From NCBI GenBank assembly GCA_002269645.1, contig NIVC01002969.1, positions 28,479 through 92,478 on the forward strand: a stretch of 64,000 nt of DNA, read 5' to 3'. The stretch's first letter is position 1. Every line of letters begins with the position of its first letter. The position numbers and the translations under genes were made by a program. This document shows positions 1-12,700 of this stretch, one piece after another. The stretch comes from Macrostomum lignano. Its lineage: Eukaryota. The notes beneath the pieces are model-generated. The model was not told the DNA's origin and made no database searches. It worked only from the letters and a program-made list of their open reading frames with translations.

Positions 1-1
1 C

Positions 2-2134
2 GTGAGCGATCGCGAGGTGTACAGGTCCCTGCTGTGCGGCGACCCGCACGACCAGCTGGCCATCGCCTACCATCTGATTGTGGACAGCAAGTTCTCCGGC
101 AGCAGGCACGAGCAGGTCAAGGAGTTTTATGTCGCCTCCAGCCCGCCATCTGCCGCCAAGTCTTCCCGGTTCGTGGCGCTCTGAATTTTTGCTGTTCTAT
201 TGCTTTCCCATTGCAAAGCTTTGCTGCTTTTCATCTGCGGAGCTGGCCAATTCAGGCTGCGTTACGTACAGCCTGCTATGAAGTGCATTTCATGTGCACA
301 GCTGGCCAATACAGCCTGCTTTGAAGTGCATTTCATGTGCACAGCTGGCCAATACAGCCTGCTGTGAAGTGCATTTCATGTGCACAGCTGGCCAATTCAG
401 CCTGCTGTGAAGTGCATTTCATGTGCACAGCTGGCCAATTCAGCCTGCTATGAAGTGCATTTCATGTGCACAGCTGGCCAATTCAGCCTGCTATGAAGTG
501 CATTTCATGTGCACAGCTGGCCAATTCAGCCTGCTATGAAGTGCATTTCATGTGCACAGCTGGCCAATTCAGCCTGCTATGAAGTGCATTTCATGTGCAC
601 AGCTGGCCAATTCAGCCTGCTATGAAGTGCATTTCATGTGCACAGCTGGCCAATTCAGCCTGCTGTGAAGTGCATTTCATGTGCACAGCTGGCCAATTCA
701 GCCTGCTATGAAGTGCATTTCATGTGCACAGCTGGCCAATTCAGCCTGCTGTGAAGTGCATTTCATGTGCACAGCTGGCCAATACAGCCTGCTGTGAAGT
801 GCATTTCATGTGCACAGCTGGCCAATTCAGCCTGGTTTACTGAATTTTCCAGGCACCATCCGGAACGCATGAAGGAGGGTGTCGCTTTCACCCGAAATCT
901 CGAGGTCTCAACTAGCGGCAAAAGTGCCCGGGCCAAGTGGCACCTTGGACTGAGAAGCCAGAGCAGTCCTCACGACATCATGTTTGAGGTGGGTTTCTGC
1001 TGTTGATGTCGGCGCTTATGCTTATTACATACGAGCGTACTTGTACTTCAGTGTTTTGGACATTCTCTGATTCACAGTAATTCTGCACATTCCTGCATAT
1101 GCTGAACTTAGGCCCTGAGCTTAGGTGCTTTCATTCAGCTGGTCTGTCCCACACCACAGACTATGGTGTCTTACGAGTATTTAGACCTGGCATATCGTAG
1201 TTTATGTCAGTTAACGTTTTGCTTCATGGACAAAATTACTTGGCCAATCCCCGCATTTTGAAACCACCAGAAAAGTCTCGCATTTTCTGCGTTTGGGTCC
1301 CATATGTTGGCGAAGGCCGCCGCCAGCCATGACAAAGCGTCTCCCACGTTCACGCGTTCCCGAGCGGTTTTAGGCCCAGGCTACTCATGCAACAGAGCCC
1401 GCAAAGTAAATGCAGTACACCTGAAATCGAGTCCCGGTACTGGGGAACGGGAATCCCATTTGCCACAGCACCAACCACCTTTAGTTAAGTCACACACGTT
1501 TGGCTGCACCTTCACTTTGCACAGGTGTTCAAGTCGCTGGCAAAGAACAACTTCGAGTGGAAAGTTGTCAACGACTTTCATCTGCGCGTGCGCAGGCTGA
1601 ATCCAGTAACCAAGGAGACATGCCGCATGACTCTGCAGCTGTTCCTCATCGACCGGGATCGCAGCTTCCTGCTCGACTTCCGCCTCGTGGCTCCCGAGCT
1701 CACCTCCAATCGGGGCTGCAGCAACTCCAGCTTCGAAACGGACACTTCTGGCGAAGCGATCGACTGGCTGGCCAATCCTGAACTTGTGAGTAACTTGGCC
1801 AATCCTGAACTTGTGAGTAACTTGGCCAATCCTGAACTTGTGAGTAACTTGGCCAATCCTGAGCTTGTGAGTAACTTGGCCAATCCTGAACTTGTGAGTA
1901 ACTTGGCCAATCCTGAACTTGTGAGTAACTCGGCCAATTCTGAACTTGTGAGTAACTTGGCCAATTCTGAACTTGTGAGTAACTTGGCCAATCCTGAACT
2001 TGTGAGTAACTTGGCTAACTTAAACTTAAGTGACTCAGTCTCCCTATGCCCAACCGGTGTTCCAGCCCGCCTGCAGTTACACGATCCAGTTCTTCGAGAT
2101 GGCAGCCGCAGTGATCACGTCCCTGACCCGCTAA
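2..2134 (+). CDS. PRKAA: AMP-activated protein kinase catalytic alpha subunit, 3' part (5' truncated by window edge); exons 2-168, 853-988, 1525-1785, 2066-2134
   Basis: Spliced translation gives DPHDQLAIAYHLIVD...HHPERM...AKWHLGLRSQSSPHDIMFEV|VFKSLAKNNFEWKVVNDFHLRVRR...LQLFLIDRDRSFLLDFR...SYTIQFFEMAAAVITSLTR*, the AMPK-alpha autoinhibitory region and C-terminal domain. GT-AG sites and phases are consistent. Confidence 0.95.
268..834. repeat. 43-bp minisatellite (~13 copies) in AMPK intron
   Basis: Unit agctggccaattcagcctgctatgaagtgcatttcatgtgcac; the array ends just before the acceptor at 851-852. Confidence 0.95.
1771..2013 (+). repeat. 27-bp minisatellite x9 spanning an AMPK exon/intron junction
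   Basis: Unit gccaatcctgaactt|GTGAGTaacttg = last 15 exonic nt plus the donor; reads ANPELVSNL in frame without stops. Confidence 0.95.
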
Positions 2135-2988
2135 GTCGTCAGAGACGTCAGAGGATGCAAGCAGCGACGATATCAGGGGAATCAGGAGTTCAGCTGCTAA
2201 ATGAATTGTCTGCATGATTTCTAGTTCAGTTTCTGCTCTTGTTTTGCGATTTTGATCCCTCATTGCTGGTGCAATGCCCGCAGAAGTTAAACCTTGCTGG
2301 TCTGCGCTAATCCCAGGGCTGACGTTCAGTGTGCCATTTTTATTCATCAGTCAGTCATTCTGCTTCTTGCCCTGCGCACCTTCGGCGAGCACTTGGTTAT
2401 CGAGCCGTGCCGGAGACACTTGAGATTCTGTAAGCCAAGTTGGCTCTGCTATTCATTGCTTTACCATTACGCTTAGCGATTATGCTAATCAGTTATTATG
2501 AGACACTGTGATTTCCGCTAATTCCCTTTTTGATTCCCCTATTTTGCTACTGTTAATCACTGACGTTATCTTGTTGCCCTGCGCAGTTGTTTTACTTGGC
2601 TTCGAACTGTTATTTTAGTGTACATATCCTACAGGTAGATTGTAGCTTCGTTGGTGATCGCAGTTTACGACTAGTCTGCGTCTCAACTATTTTTAGCTTT
2701 GTTCTTTGTACGCCCACCAGAAAGGTTTTATATCTGCACTTTTATATCTTATATCTTCACAGAACAGTTCGTTGTGCACAAATATTCTATTCCAGCTAAG
2801 TATTTCCCTTTGATTATTTTATCATTGCAAAGGTTTAAAAAAATAGACAGAATAGCGGAGTGCCATTCCGGCAACTCCTTCAGTTCAATAGCTGATTTGA
2901 GTCCTCTTCAGTCTTGCTTTATTTTCACTTAGTTTCATTTGGGCTTCGCAGGCGGTTCAGCTTAACTGCGGTGCAGAGGCAGGCATAC

Positions 2989-5056
2989 TCAGTCGAACTC
3001 GGCGCCCAGCGCGATGCTCACTTCGCCAGACTCAACTTCTGTCTCGTGAATCCACTTTGACGTCTTTAAAGCAACTGAAAACATTGGTGGGAAAATTTAG
3101 CCATGAACCTGGAAAACTGTAGCAGCCAACTAAATGTTGTAGCGACTCACTCATGTCCCCGGGTCTCAGCAAGACTTGATACACATGCTGGCAGGTATAG
3201 TAGCAATTCAGAGGCGGCCTCAGGCGCCACCGCTTGCTGCCCTGAATCTGCGCCTGCCACGTGTTGTAGTACACTGCGTCGATCTGCGTGGGGTTCAGGT
3301 TTTTTACGTTAGTTTTTGTACTTGGTTCGGTTTCTGGACTAGTTGGTTCAGGTTCGGTTTCTGGACTAGTTGGTTCAGGTTCGGTTTCTGGACTAGTTGG
3401 TTCAGGTTCGGTTCCGGGACTAGTTGGTTCAGGTTCGGTTCCGGGACTAGTTGGTTCAGGTTCGGTTTCTGGACTAGTTGGTTCAGGTTCGGTTTCTGAA
3501 CTAGTTGGTTCAGGTTCGGTTCCGGGACTAGTTGGTTCAGGTTCGGTTCCGGGACTAGTTGGTTCAGGTTCGGTTTCTGGACTAGTTGGTTCAGGTTCGG
3601 TTTCTGAACTAGTTGGTTCAGGTTCGGTTCCGGGACTAGTTGGTTCAGGTTCGGTTCCGGGACTAGTTGGTTCAGGTTCGGTTTCTGGACTAGTTGGTTC
3701 AGGTTCGGTTTCTGGACTAGTTGGTTCAGGTTCGGTTACGGGACTAGTTGGTTCAGGTTCGGTTTCTGAACTAGTTGGTTCAGGTTCGGTTCCGGGACTA
3801 GTTGGTTCAGGTTCGGTTCCGGGACTAGTTGGTTCAGGTTCGGTTTCTGGACTAGTTGGTTCAGGTTCGGTTTCTGGACTAGTTGGTTCAGGTTCGGTTT
3901 CGGGACTAGTTGGTTCAGGTTCGGTTTCGGGACTAGTTGGTTCGGGTTTATTTCAGGACTAGTTGGTTCAGCTTCGGTTTCGTGCTGGCTGGTTCTGGCT
4001 TGGTTTGATTTCTGTTTAAAATGCGATATCTGTTCTTTCGAATGCATTAATAAATTTTGTCAGCTGCACAGAAATAAAAAGCCAAATATTTGAAACTTTC
4101 CAAAGTAAATATCGATCGTAATTCCTATCACGGTTGTGTACCTAAGATCAATTTTAGGCTAAGAAAGGCGTTGAAAATATAATCGCCCTAAAGACTCCAG
4201 AATAGCAGGTCTTTGTGCTCACATGGGCTGGCGCGCCCTTGCCGGGTCCGCCGACGAAAATCCACTCAGTGGCGCCGTGTTCGCTGTCGCTGGCCAGAAA
4301 TCCCGGCCTTTTGTAGAGCCGCCTCAGCCTCCGAGCAACTCGCTGGTTGCAGACATTCCTGCAAGCGCGTGTTAGTGGCTGTTTGATGCTGACAATTCTC
4401 AAGGCCTGCAGTTAATATGCGAGCACCTTGAAGTGCAAATGCAGTCGTGTCACTCACCAACCGACGTACCAGGAGTCACGGCTCAGATTTTCCGGCTCCT
4501 TGGACCAGCGGAAAAAGTGGCCAAGCGTTGGGAACTGGTTCTTGTAGTCGAACATCTGGCAGAGCACGCTGGCCCCTCCACCGCCGCCCTCTGGGTGGCC
4601 TTCGTTGGTCCACCGGCCCCGCCGGGCCTCCCGATAGAGCCGGCGCAGCAGGTCGAGGTCGAGGCGCCTGGTCACCGCCGGCCAATCCGCTGCGCCACCG
4701 CGGATGACAACAGGCACGTTCCGCTCCAGGAACTCCGACCGGAACCGGGCTGGGCTGATGGCCTCGGCGCCTGCCTGCAGCTCTGGCAGGCTGGTGAGGT
4801 TGGCGCAGTGGCCGCAGTCGGTGTCGGGCTGCAGTAGCATCTGCACCCAACCCGACTGCGCCGCCAGCAGACAGGGTGCGCTGTACGGGTCGCTGCCGGG
4901 GTTCGCCCGCCTCGCCCAGGCGGCCATGGCGGAGTCAAAAAGTTCGGCCGCCCATCCTGGCGACTCCGGCTCAGGAGGCCAGGCGTGGCGGCCGAACAAC
5001 AGCAGCAGCAGCAGAGCCAGTAGACCCCCGCCTACCTTTTTGGCAGTACCTGGCAT
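2989..5056 (-). CDS. Cupin-like/JmjC-domain protein with N-terminal hydrophobic segment, ~317 aa; exons 5056-4458, 4358-4223, 3283-3151, 3074-2989
   Basis: ATG at 5056, hydrophobic LLALLLLLLF, FRSEFLERNVPVVIRGGAADWPA, then WIFVGGPGKGAPAH|IDAVYYNTWQAQIQGSKRWRLRP...LLRPGDM|IALKTSKWIHET...GAEFD*. HxD...H motif present; all intron phases match. Confidence 0.85.
3320..3975. repeat. 27-bp minisatellite (~24 copies) in JmjC gene intron 2
   Basis: Unit ggactagttggttcaggttcggtttct with ttccg variants. Confidence 0.95.
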
Positions 5057-5747
5057 CGCATGAGTTGGCGCGGCTGCTTGCAGTCTTCCGCACAGAGTAT
5101 TATTTATACCTTGAGTTCAGGTCGACCAGGCTGCATCACGCAACAGGCCAGTTTCCTGGAGCCGGTCAGAGTTCTGCTGGTCGCGTCAATCAGGTCTACC
5201 AGAAATCAGCGAATTTCCGCCGTTTGTGGCTTTCTGAAAGCCCACAGGCTGGGACTCGCCATGCTGGCATTTCCTAGCGTGCATGAACGGATAAGAAATG
5301 GCCTCATTATTTGACTCTATTTTGCTCCCCTGACGAATCGATGCCTTCAAATTGGCAAAGCTCGTGCTGTACAGATTAGATTTGGCTTTTAGCTTGATGA
5401 TAAATGAACAAGGTGTTAGTATGCTCATATAGTGGTTTGAGGTGTAAAGGTTGTGTTGATATCGCTTGTGCATCTGTACTCATATATTCGTACTCATAAT
5501 CGCCTATTGCACCTGCCCCTTCACGCCAGTGCCTTTATCGCCTCTACGAGCTATTCTGATGTGTTTAATTGTACATTGCAAGTAAGTCATTCACCCTTAG
5601 CACCCCGCTAAAGCCTTGCGTCAAGCCCACTTTCTATTAAATTTAAAATCAAAAACCTGGCACACAAAGTACTTCCCCTTCTCTCCAGTTATGAAAAATA
5701 AATGCAGGTTTGGCTAAGCAGCAATCGGTCATGAGCCTCCACTACAT

Positions 5748-6175
5748 AAAATCTCTGACGAGTCACAACAGTTCTCGAAATTTTCGCATGCCCATGCCCA
5801 TGTGATCATATTAGCTACCGTTACCTTACGTGAAATCTCTGACGAGTCACAACAGTTCTCGAAATTTTCGCATGCCCATGCCCATATGATCATATTAGCT
5901 ACCGTTACCTTACGTGAAATCTCTGACGAGTCACAACAGTTCTCGAAATTTTCGCATGCCCATGCCCATATGATCATATTAGCTACCGTTACCTTACGTG
6001 AAATCTCTGACGAGTCACAACAGTTCTCGAAATTTTCGCATGCCCATGCCCATATGATCATATTAGCTACCGTTACCTTACGTGAAATCTCTGACGAGTC
6101 ACAACAGTTCTCGAAATTTTCGCATGCCCATGCCCATATGATCATATTAGCTACCGTTACCGTACATGAAATCTC
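5748..6175. repeat. 84-bp tandem repeat (~5 copies) between divergently transcribed genes
   Basis: Unit gaaatctctgacgagtcacaacag...gctaccgttaccttacgt, near-identical copies. Confidence 0.95.
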
Positions 6176-6733
6176 TTCACGCGTCGGCCAAGCAACTGCA
6201 TGCAGTGCTCTGTGATGAAGTTAAAAGAATTTAGTTTTTGCAGGCGAGTGCAAAACGAAGTTTTGAGTGCAGCATGGAGGAGCTCTGAGCACTTTCACGC
6301 CCAATTTCAGACAAAATCCTTAGCAAGATTTTATCTGCCTTGTAACTCGTAAATAATTAATTTTCTCAAACCGCCTCGCCCGACATGAGCACTGCTAGTT
6401 GCCAAAGCAGTTGCTCAAAAACAAAGGAGCTGCACTTCCTTCGTAGCAATGGGTTGCCATGGTGTTGCTGAGCTTCGTGCGAGCCGCCAGACCGTTGCCA
6501 ACGCAAAGCGCAGCGAGCAATGCCGTACCCGTTTTTGACTCCATTATTCATGAAGCTGGGACAGCTCAATTTGTCGTTTGAATCATTGATGAGGCGCCCA
6601 GTGTCACCTCAGAACCATTTAATACGGCGGAACGACCCCGCATCTCTCGCGCTCAAAGTTTCTTAAAGTCTTCGCCAGCAGGCTCTGATTTGTGAGATTC
6701 ATTTCACAAGCACCAGCTTCAAGGACCTCAGTG

Positions 6734-9700
6734 ATGCTGCGGATTTTGCTGCTGCTGCTGCCGCTGCTTCTGCTGCAGCAGCTGCTTGGAGTCAGCGGCC
6801 AGGCGCAGGAAGGTGAGGCAATCGGCAAGATTTCCCCCGAGTAAAATCGCTAAAGCTTGCTTAATAATATGAGAACTTAGAGTTTCTCATCATAGGACAG
6901 TATCTCTCACGAGCTCACAGCTTTAAATTAAAATCTGAAACTCTCGAACTAAGTGCCAGAGTCTTGAACTAGCTCTAACTCTCGAACTAAGTGCCAGAGT
7001 CTTGAACTAGCTCTAACTCTCGAACTAAGTGCCAGAGTCTTGAACTAGCTCTAACTCTCGAACTAAGTGCCAGAGTCTTGAACTAGCTCTAACTCTCGAA
7101 CTAAGTGCCAGAGTCTTGAACTAGCTCTAACTCTCGAACTAAGTGTCAGAGTCTTGAACTAGCTCTAACTCTCGAACTAAGTGCCAGAGTCTTGAACTAG
7201 CTCTAACTCTCGAACTAAGTGTCAGAGTCTTGAACTAGCTCTAACTCTCGAACTAAGTGCCAGAGTCTTGAACTAGCTCTAACTCTCGAACTAAGTGCCA
7301 GAGTCTTGAATGGAGGCAACCAGAATCGCAAAGTCTGCGACATCAAAGGTGAAGGTCCTGCTACTTGTCTTCTTTGATGCAAGGGACATGTGTCAAGCAG
7401 TATCTGATGAACAGCAATGTTACTTTGCTGGAGCAGTTTCCATCCAGGGATTTTTTCCTGAATCTCAGAGAGGGGGCGCAAAGGAACTCTTTTTCCCAAC
7501 ATAGATCATCAGGAGAGCCACAACGAAGGAACTTTGGAGTGTTCAGACCACATGCACACAGAACTTCTTAAGGAACGACCTGGGAGAGGTTTATAGAAAT
7601 TATATGCACTAATTTTTAAACTTTTCAGAGTCCTACACCTTGGTGATCAAGACTGGCAAAACGGGGACCACCAACAAGGTTTTCTTCAGCCTTAAGGGCC
7701 AGATGGGCGATTCCCCACAGCAGAGCATCAACTTTGATGGCTCCGACAAGCCTATCACGAGCATGTTCACACCGGGAAAGTGAGTGCCTTCACTGGGCTA
7801 GGGGAGCATTCCCAAGAGCACAGCATGTTCACACCGGGAAAGTGAGTGCCTTCACTGGGCTAAGGGAGCATTCCCAAGAGCACACAGGATGTTCACACCG
7901 GGAAAGTGAGCCCAGTTCACTGGGCTAGGGGAGCATTCCCAAGAGCACACAGGATGTTCACACCGGGAAAGTGAGAGCCTTCACTGGGTTAGGGGAGCAT
8001 TTCCCAAGAGAACATCTGCAACAGTCGCTGCCATTCTCTCTCGCAAGGGTGGATGTCATCGAAGGCAAATTTCGCGGAGCCCTGGGCTACATCAGCACAG
8101 TGAAGGTCAGCCAGGACTCTTACAATGGCTGGGAAATCGAAAGTGTAAGTTGTCTTGCACTCGCTTGTCTGCTTTAAGTAGTTATTTAGGAGTCGCAGTG
8201 CTATGCTCATACCCTTTGGCCCCTTTGGCCACTGAAAGTGCCAGACTGGCGCGACCGAGTTCAGTTTTTGTTGTCTCTCTCAGTTAACAGCCACCTCATC
8301 AGTGGTATCGCTGATGTGCAAAGAACAACCGAAATCGGAAGGCCTTAGAATCCTGTTACACCGCGTTTTATGTTTCTGTTAGCGATGCATCATTATGTTT
8401 GCTGCAATTCCACGTGCCCTCTCAGATTGTGGTCTTCAGTGACACCACCAGGGTGTCCAACAACGAGACCTACATTGTTCGGCAGCCCCAGGACATCAGC
8501 TTCAACGGTGAGCAGCGAATTGTCCTTGCTCCATGCTATGACATTCCCATGACCCATGTGAGCACTGACACTGTGCTGTCCTGCTCCATGCTATGACATT
8601 CCCACGACCCATGTGAGCACTGACACTGTGCTGTCCTGCTCCATGCTATGACATTCCCATGACCCATGTGAGCACCGACACTGTGCTGTCCTTGCTCCAT
8701 GCTATGACATTCCCATGACCCATGTGAGCACTGACACTGTGCTGTCCTGCTCCATGCTATGACATTCCCATGACCCATGTGAGCACCGACACTGTGCTGT
8801 CCTTGCTCCATGCTATGACATTCCCATGACCCATGTGAGCACTGACACTGTGCTGTCCTGCTCCATGCTATGACATTTCCATGACCCATGTGAGCACTGA
8901 CACTTTGCTGTCCTGCTCCATGCTATGACATTCCCATGACCCATGTGAGCACTGGAACTGAGCTGCCCTTGCACCCTGCTATGACATACCATGACCCAAT
9001 GACTTACAGTGAACTGCGGCTGGAGCGCCTGGAGCAGCTGGATGACCTGCCAAGGCACCTGCGCCACAGGTGGGGTCCAGATGCGAATCCGCAACCCGAA
9101 CAGCCCGCCCAGGATCAACTCTGGCAAAGCGTGCGAGGGCTCCGAGTTCGAGCAGCAGCCCTGCAAACTGGCAATGGACTGTCCGGGTAACACTGGGGTT
9201 CGGGTGCTGGGTCCAGTGGCTGGGAATGCAACTGGGTAGCTGGGAATGCAACTGGGTAGCTGGGCATGCAACCGGGTAGCTGGGCATGCAACTGGGTAGC
9301 TGGGAATGCAACTGGGTAGCTGGGCATGCAACTGGGTAGCTGGGCATGCAACTGGGTAGCTGGGCATGCAACTGGGTAGCTGGGAATTCAACTGGGTAGC
9401 TGGGAATTCAACTGGGTAGCTGGGCATGCAACTTTTAGGAATTATTTAACTACAATTTTTTAGGTTAATTAGACCCTTAATTTTCAAAATTAATAGTACT
9501 TCTAAGTAAAAATTGGCTTTTATAGTTTAAAAAAATATTAATTTTGTAAGTTAAAGATAATTCTTTTAGAGACCGGGTAGCTGGGCATGCAACTGGGTAG
9601 CTGGACATGCAACTGGGTAGCTGGGCATGCAACTGGGTAGCTGGACATGCAACTGGGTAGCTGGACATGCAACTGGGTAGCTGGACATGCAACTGGGTAG

Positions 9701-12700
9701 CTGGGCATGCAACTGGGTAGCTGGACATGCAACTGGGTAGCTGGACATGCAACTGGGTAGCTGGACATGCAACTGGTTAGCTGGACATGCAACTGGGTAG
9801 CTGGACATGCAACTGGGTAGCTGGACATGCAACTGGGTAGCTGGGCATGCAACTGGGTAGCTGGGCATGCAACTGGGTAGCTGGACATGCAACTGGGTAG
9901 CTGGACATGCAACTGGTTAGCTGGACGTGCAACTGGGTAGCTGGACATGCAACTGCATAGCTGGACATGCAACTGGGTAGCTGGACATGCAACTGGTTAG
10001 CTGGACGTGCAACTGGGTAGCTGGACATGCAACTGCATAGCTAGACATGCAACTGGGTAGCTGGACATGCAACTGCATAGCTGGACATGCAACTTGGTAG
10101 CTGGGCATGCAACTGGGTAGCTGGACATGCAAATGCATAGCTGGACATGCAACTGGGTAGCTGGGCATGCAACTGTATAGCTGGACATGCAACTGGATAG
10201 CTGGGCATGCAACTGGGTAGCTGGACATGCAACTGTATAGCTGGGCATGCAACTGTATAGCTGGACATGCAACTGTATAGCTGGGCATGCAACTGTATAG
10301 CTGGACATGCAACTGGATAGCTGGGCATGCAACTGGGTAGCTGGACATGCAACTGGGTAGCTGGGCATGCAACTGGGTAGCTTGGTAAGTGGTATTTAGT
10401 TTGCTTATCCGAGGTATGAAGCGGTATCAAGTAGCCATATCGGGTATTATTGGGTCGAGTAGACTCAAGCTCAAACAGTAAACACCTGGCCAGGCCGAAA
10501 CTTATTGAGGTAAAAATTGAGTCAGAATTTCACTACCAGCATGTACAGAGTCTATCGGCCACTCACTCCACCTGTCAATTTTTACACCCCAAATTCCACA
10601 GTGAATGGCAACTGGAGCGACTGGTCCCCCTGGAGCACCTGCAGCGTCAGCTGCGCCCAAGGCAGCCGCAGCCGCAGCCGCACCTGTACGAACCCGGCGC
10701 CCGCAAACGGCGGACTGGACTGTGTCGGCGCCGCCAGCGACACCGGAGTCTGCACCGAGTCGCCCTGCCCCAGTGCGTCCTCAGATCTTACTCTGACTAC
10801 TCTGAGTCGCTAGCAAATAACTCTGTATCTTGTATTGGAAACTGCTTATTATATCTGTCTGGCAGCTCAGACTCTTGTTACCTCATCTGGGATTTCATCT
10901 CTGGCAAACACGGAAACCCTGATTTGATCAATCCGTTACTTCGCCGGCTGGCCCTGTGGGAAATATAGCTTACTATGTTAGACCAGATGTCGGGTGCCAA
11001 AAAGCGGCCAATATTGCAGAAAGATCGCCCCCAAGAGCTCCCCAAGCCAGCAGATCCGCACCCGCCCCGCAGTCGATGGCCAGTGGGGCAGCTGGTCCCC
11101 GTTCTCCGCCTGCAACGCCAGCTGCGGCCCCGGAGTCCAGACCCGAGCTCGCCTGTGCAACTCGCCAGAGCCGAAGTTCAACGGCAGGAACTGCCAGGGC
11201 GACGGAATCGAGCTCAAGACCTGCGAGCTGACTCCATGTCCCAGTGAGTTGGGCTGGCTTCCATAGCAACCATCACCTACATAAACCTGTTGAGTCACGC
11301 TCCCGTAGCATTCACCGCAAAGTCACAGCCTCACAGCCCCATCCGTGCCCCAACCCGCTGAGTCCGTGGCGCACTCGAAGTGCTGGGGTGGGCGTTGCGT
11401 GCAGCAGCCGGAGTCGGGACGAGGCTTCAGCGCGGCCGTTTCCTCGGCAACTTGTCGCCAGGAATTGTCCGAGGTAAGGTGCCGAATTTATCTCAGTAAA
11501 TCTCTGTGTGCATGAATAAGCCTGCTTGAGCTGTGATTGGATAAAAGCTTTCAAATTTATTCAGCGCAAACTCATTTATACGATTTTTTTTAGCGTTAAA
11601 AAGATATATAGAATCGCTTCAACACTAAAGCTCGTATTTCACAAATCCTTTCTTCCATGAGCTGCTGGCCCTCAATATGGACTGCAGCTTCAGTAGCTCT
11701 GGCACAAATCCTCACGCAATTCTGTCCATGAGCTGCTGGCCCTCAATGTGGACTGCAGCTTCAGTAGCTCTGGCACAAATCCTCAAGCAATTCTGTCCAT
11801 GATCTGCTGGCCCTCAATGTGGACTGCAGCTTCAGTAGCTCTGGCACAAATCCTCACGCAATTCTGTCCATGAGCTGCTGGCCCTCAATGTGGACTGCAG
11901 CTTCAGTAGCTCTGGCACAAATCCTCAAGCAATTCTGTCCATGATCTGCTGGCCCTCAATGTGGACTGTAGCTTCAGTAGCTCTGGCACAAATCCTCAAG
12001 CAATTCTGTCCATGATCTGCTGGCCCTCAATGTGGACTGCAGCTTCAGTAGCTCTGGCACAAATCCTCACGCAATTCTGTCCATGATCTGCTGGCCCTCA
12101 ATGTGGACTGCAGCTTCAGTAGCTCTGGCACAAATCCTCAAGCAATTCTGTCCATGATCTGCTGGCCCTCAATGTGGACTGCAGCTTCAGTAGCTCTGGC
12201 ACAAATCCTCAAGCAATTCTGTCCATGATCTGCTGGCCCTCAATGTGGACTGCAGCTTCAGTAGCTCTGGCACAAATCCTCACGCAATTCTGTCCATGAG
12301 CTGCTGGCCCTCAATGTGGACTGCAGCTTCAGTAGCTCTGGCACAAATCCTCAAGCAATTCTGTCCATGATCTGCTGGCCCTCAATGTGGACTGCAGCTT
12401 CAGTAGCTCTGGCACAAATCCTCAAGCAATTCTGTCCATGATCTGCTGGCCCTCAATGTGGACTGCAGCTTCAGTAGCTCTGGCACAAATCCTCACGCAA
12501 TTCTGTCCATGATCTGCTGGCCCTCAATGTGGACTGCAGCTTCAGTAGCTCTGGCACAAATCCTCAAGCAATTCTGTCCATGATCTGCTGGCCCTCAATG
12601 TGGACTGCAGCTTCAGTAGCTCTGGCACAAATCCTCACGCTTCACTTTAACAGTCATGAACAGAGCCGGAACGGCTGCACCAGGCTATGGCAGTCCCAAC

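Larger units (their letters stand above)
9218..10381. repeat. 20-bp minisatellite (~50 copies) interrupted by an AT-rich insert
   Basis: Unit ctgg(g/a)catgcaactgggtag; interrupted at ~9433-9573. Confidence 0.95.

Noticed and set aside
3288-3962. (GLVGSGSVS)n ORF as a silk- or elastin-like protein
   Set aside because: It is antisense to a JmjC intron, entirely a 27-bp repeat, with no supporting exon context.
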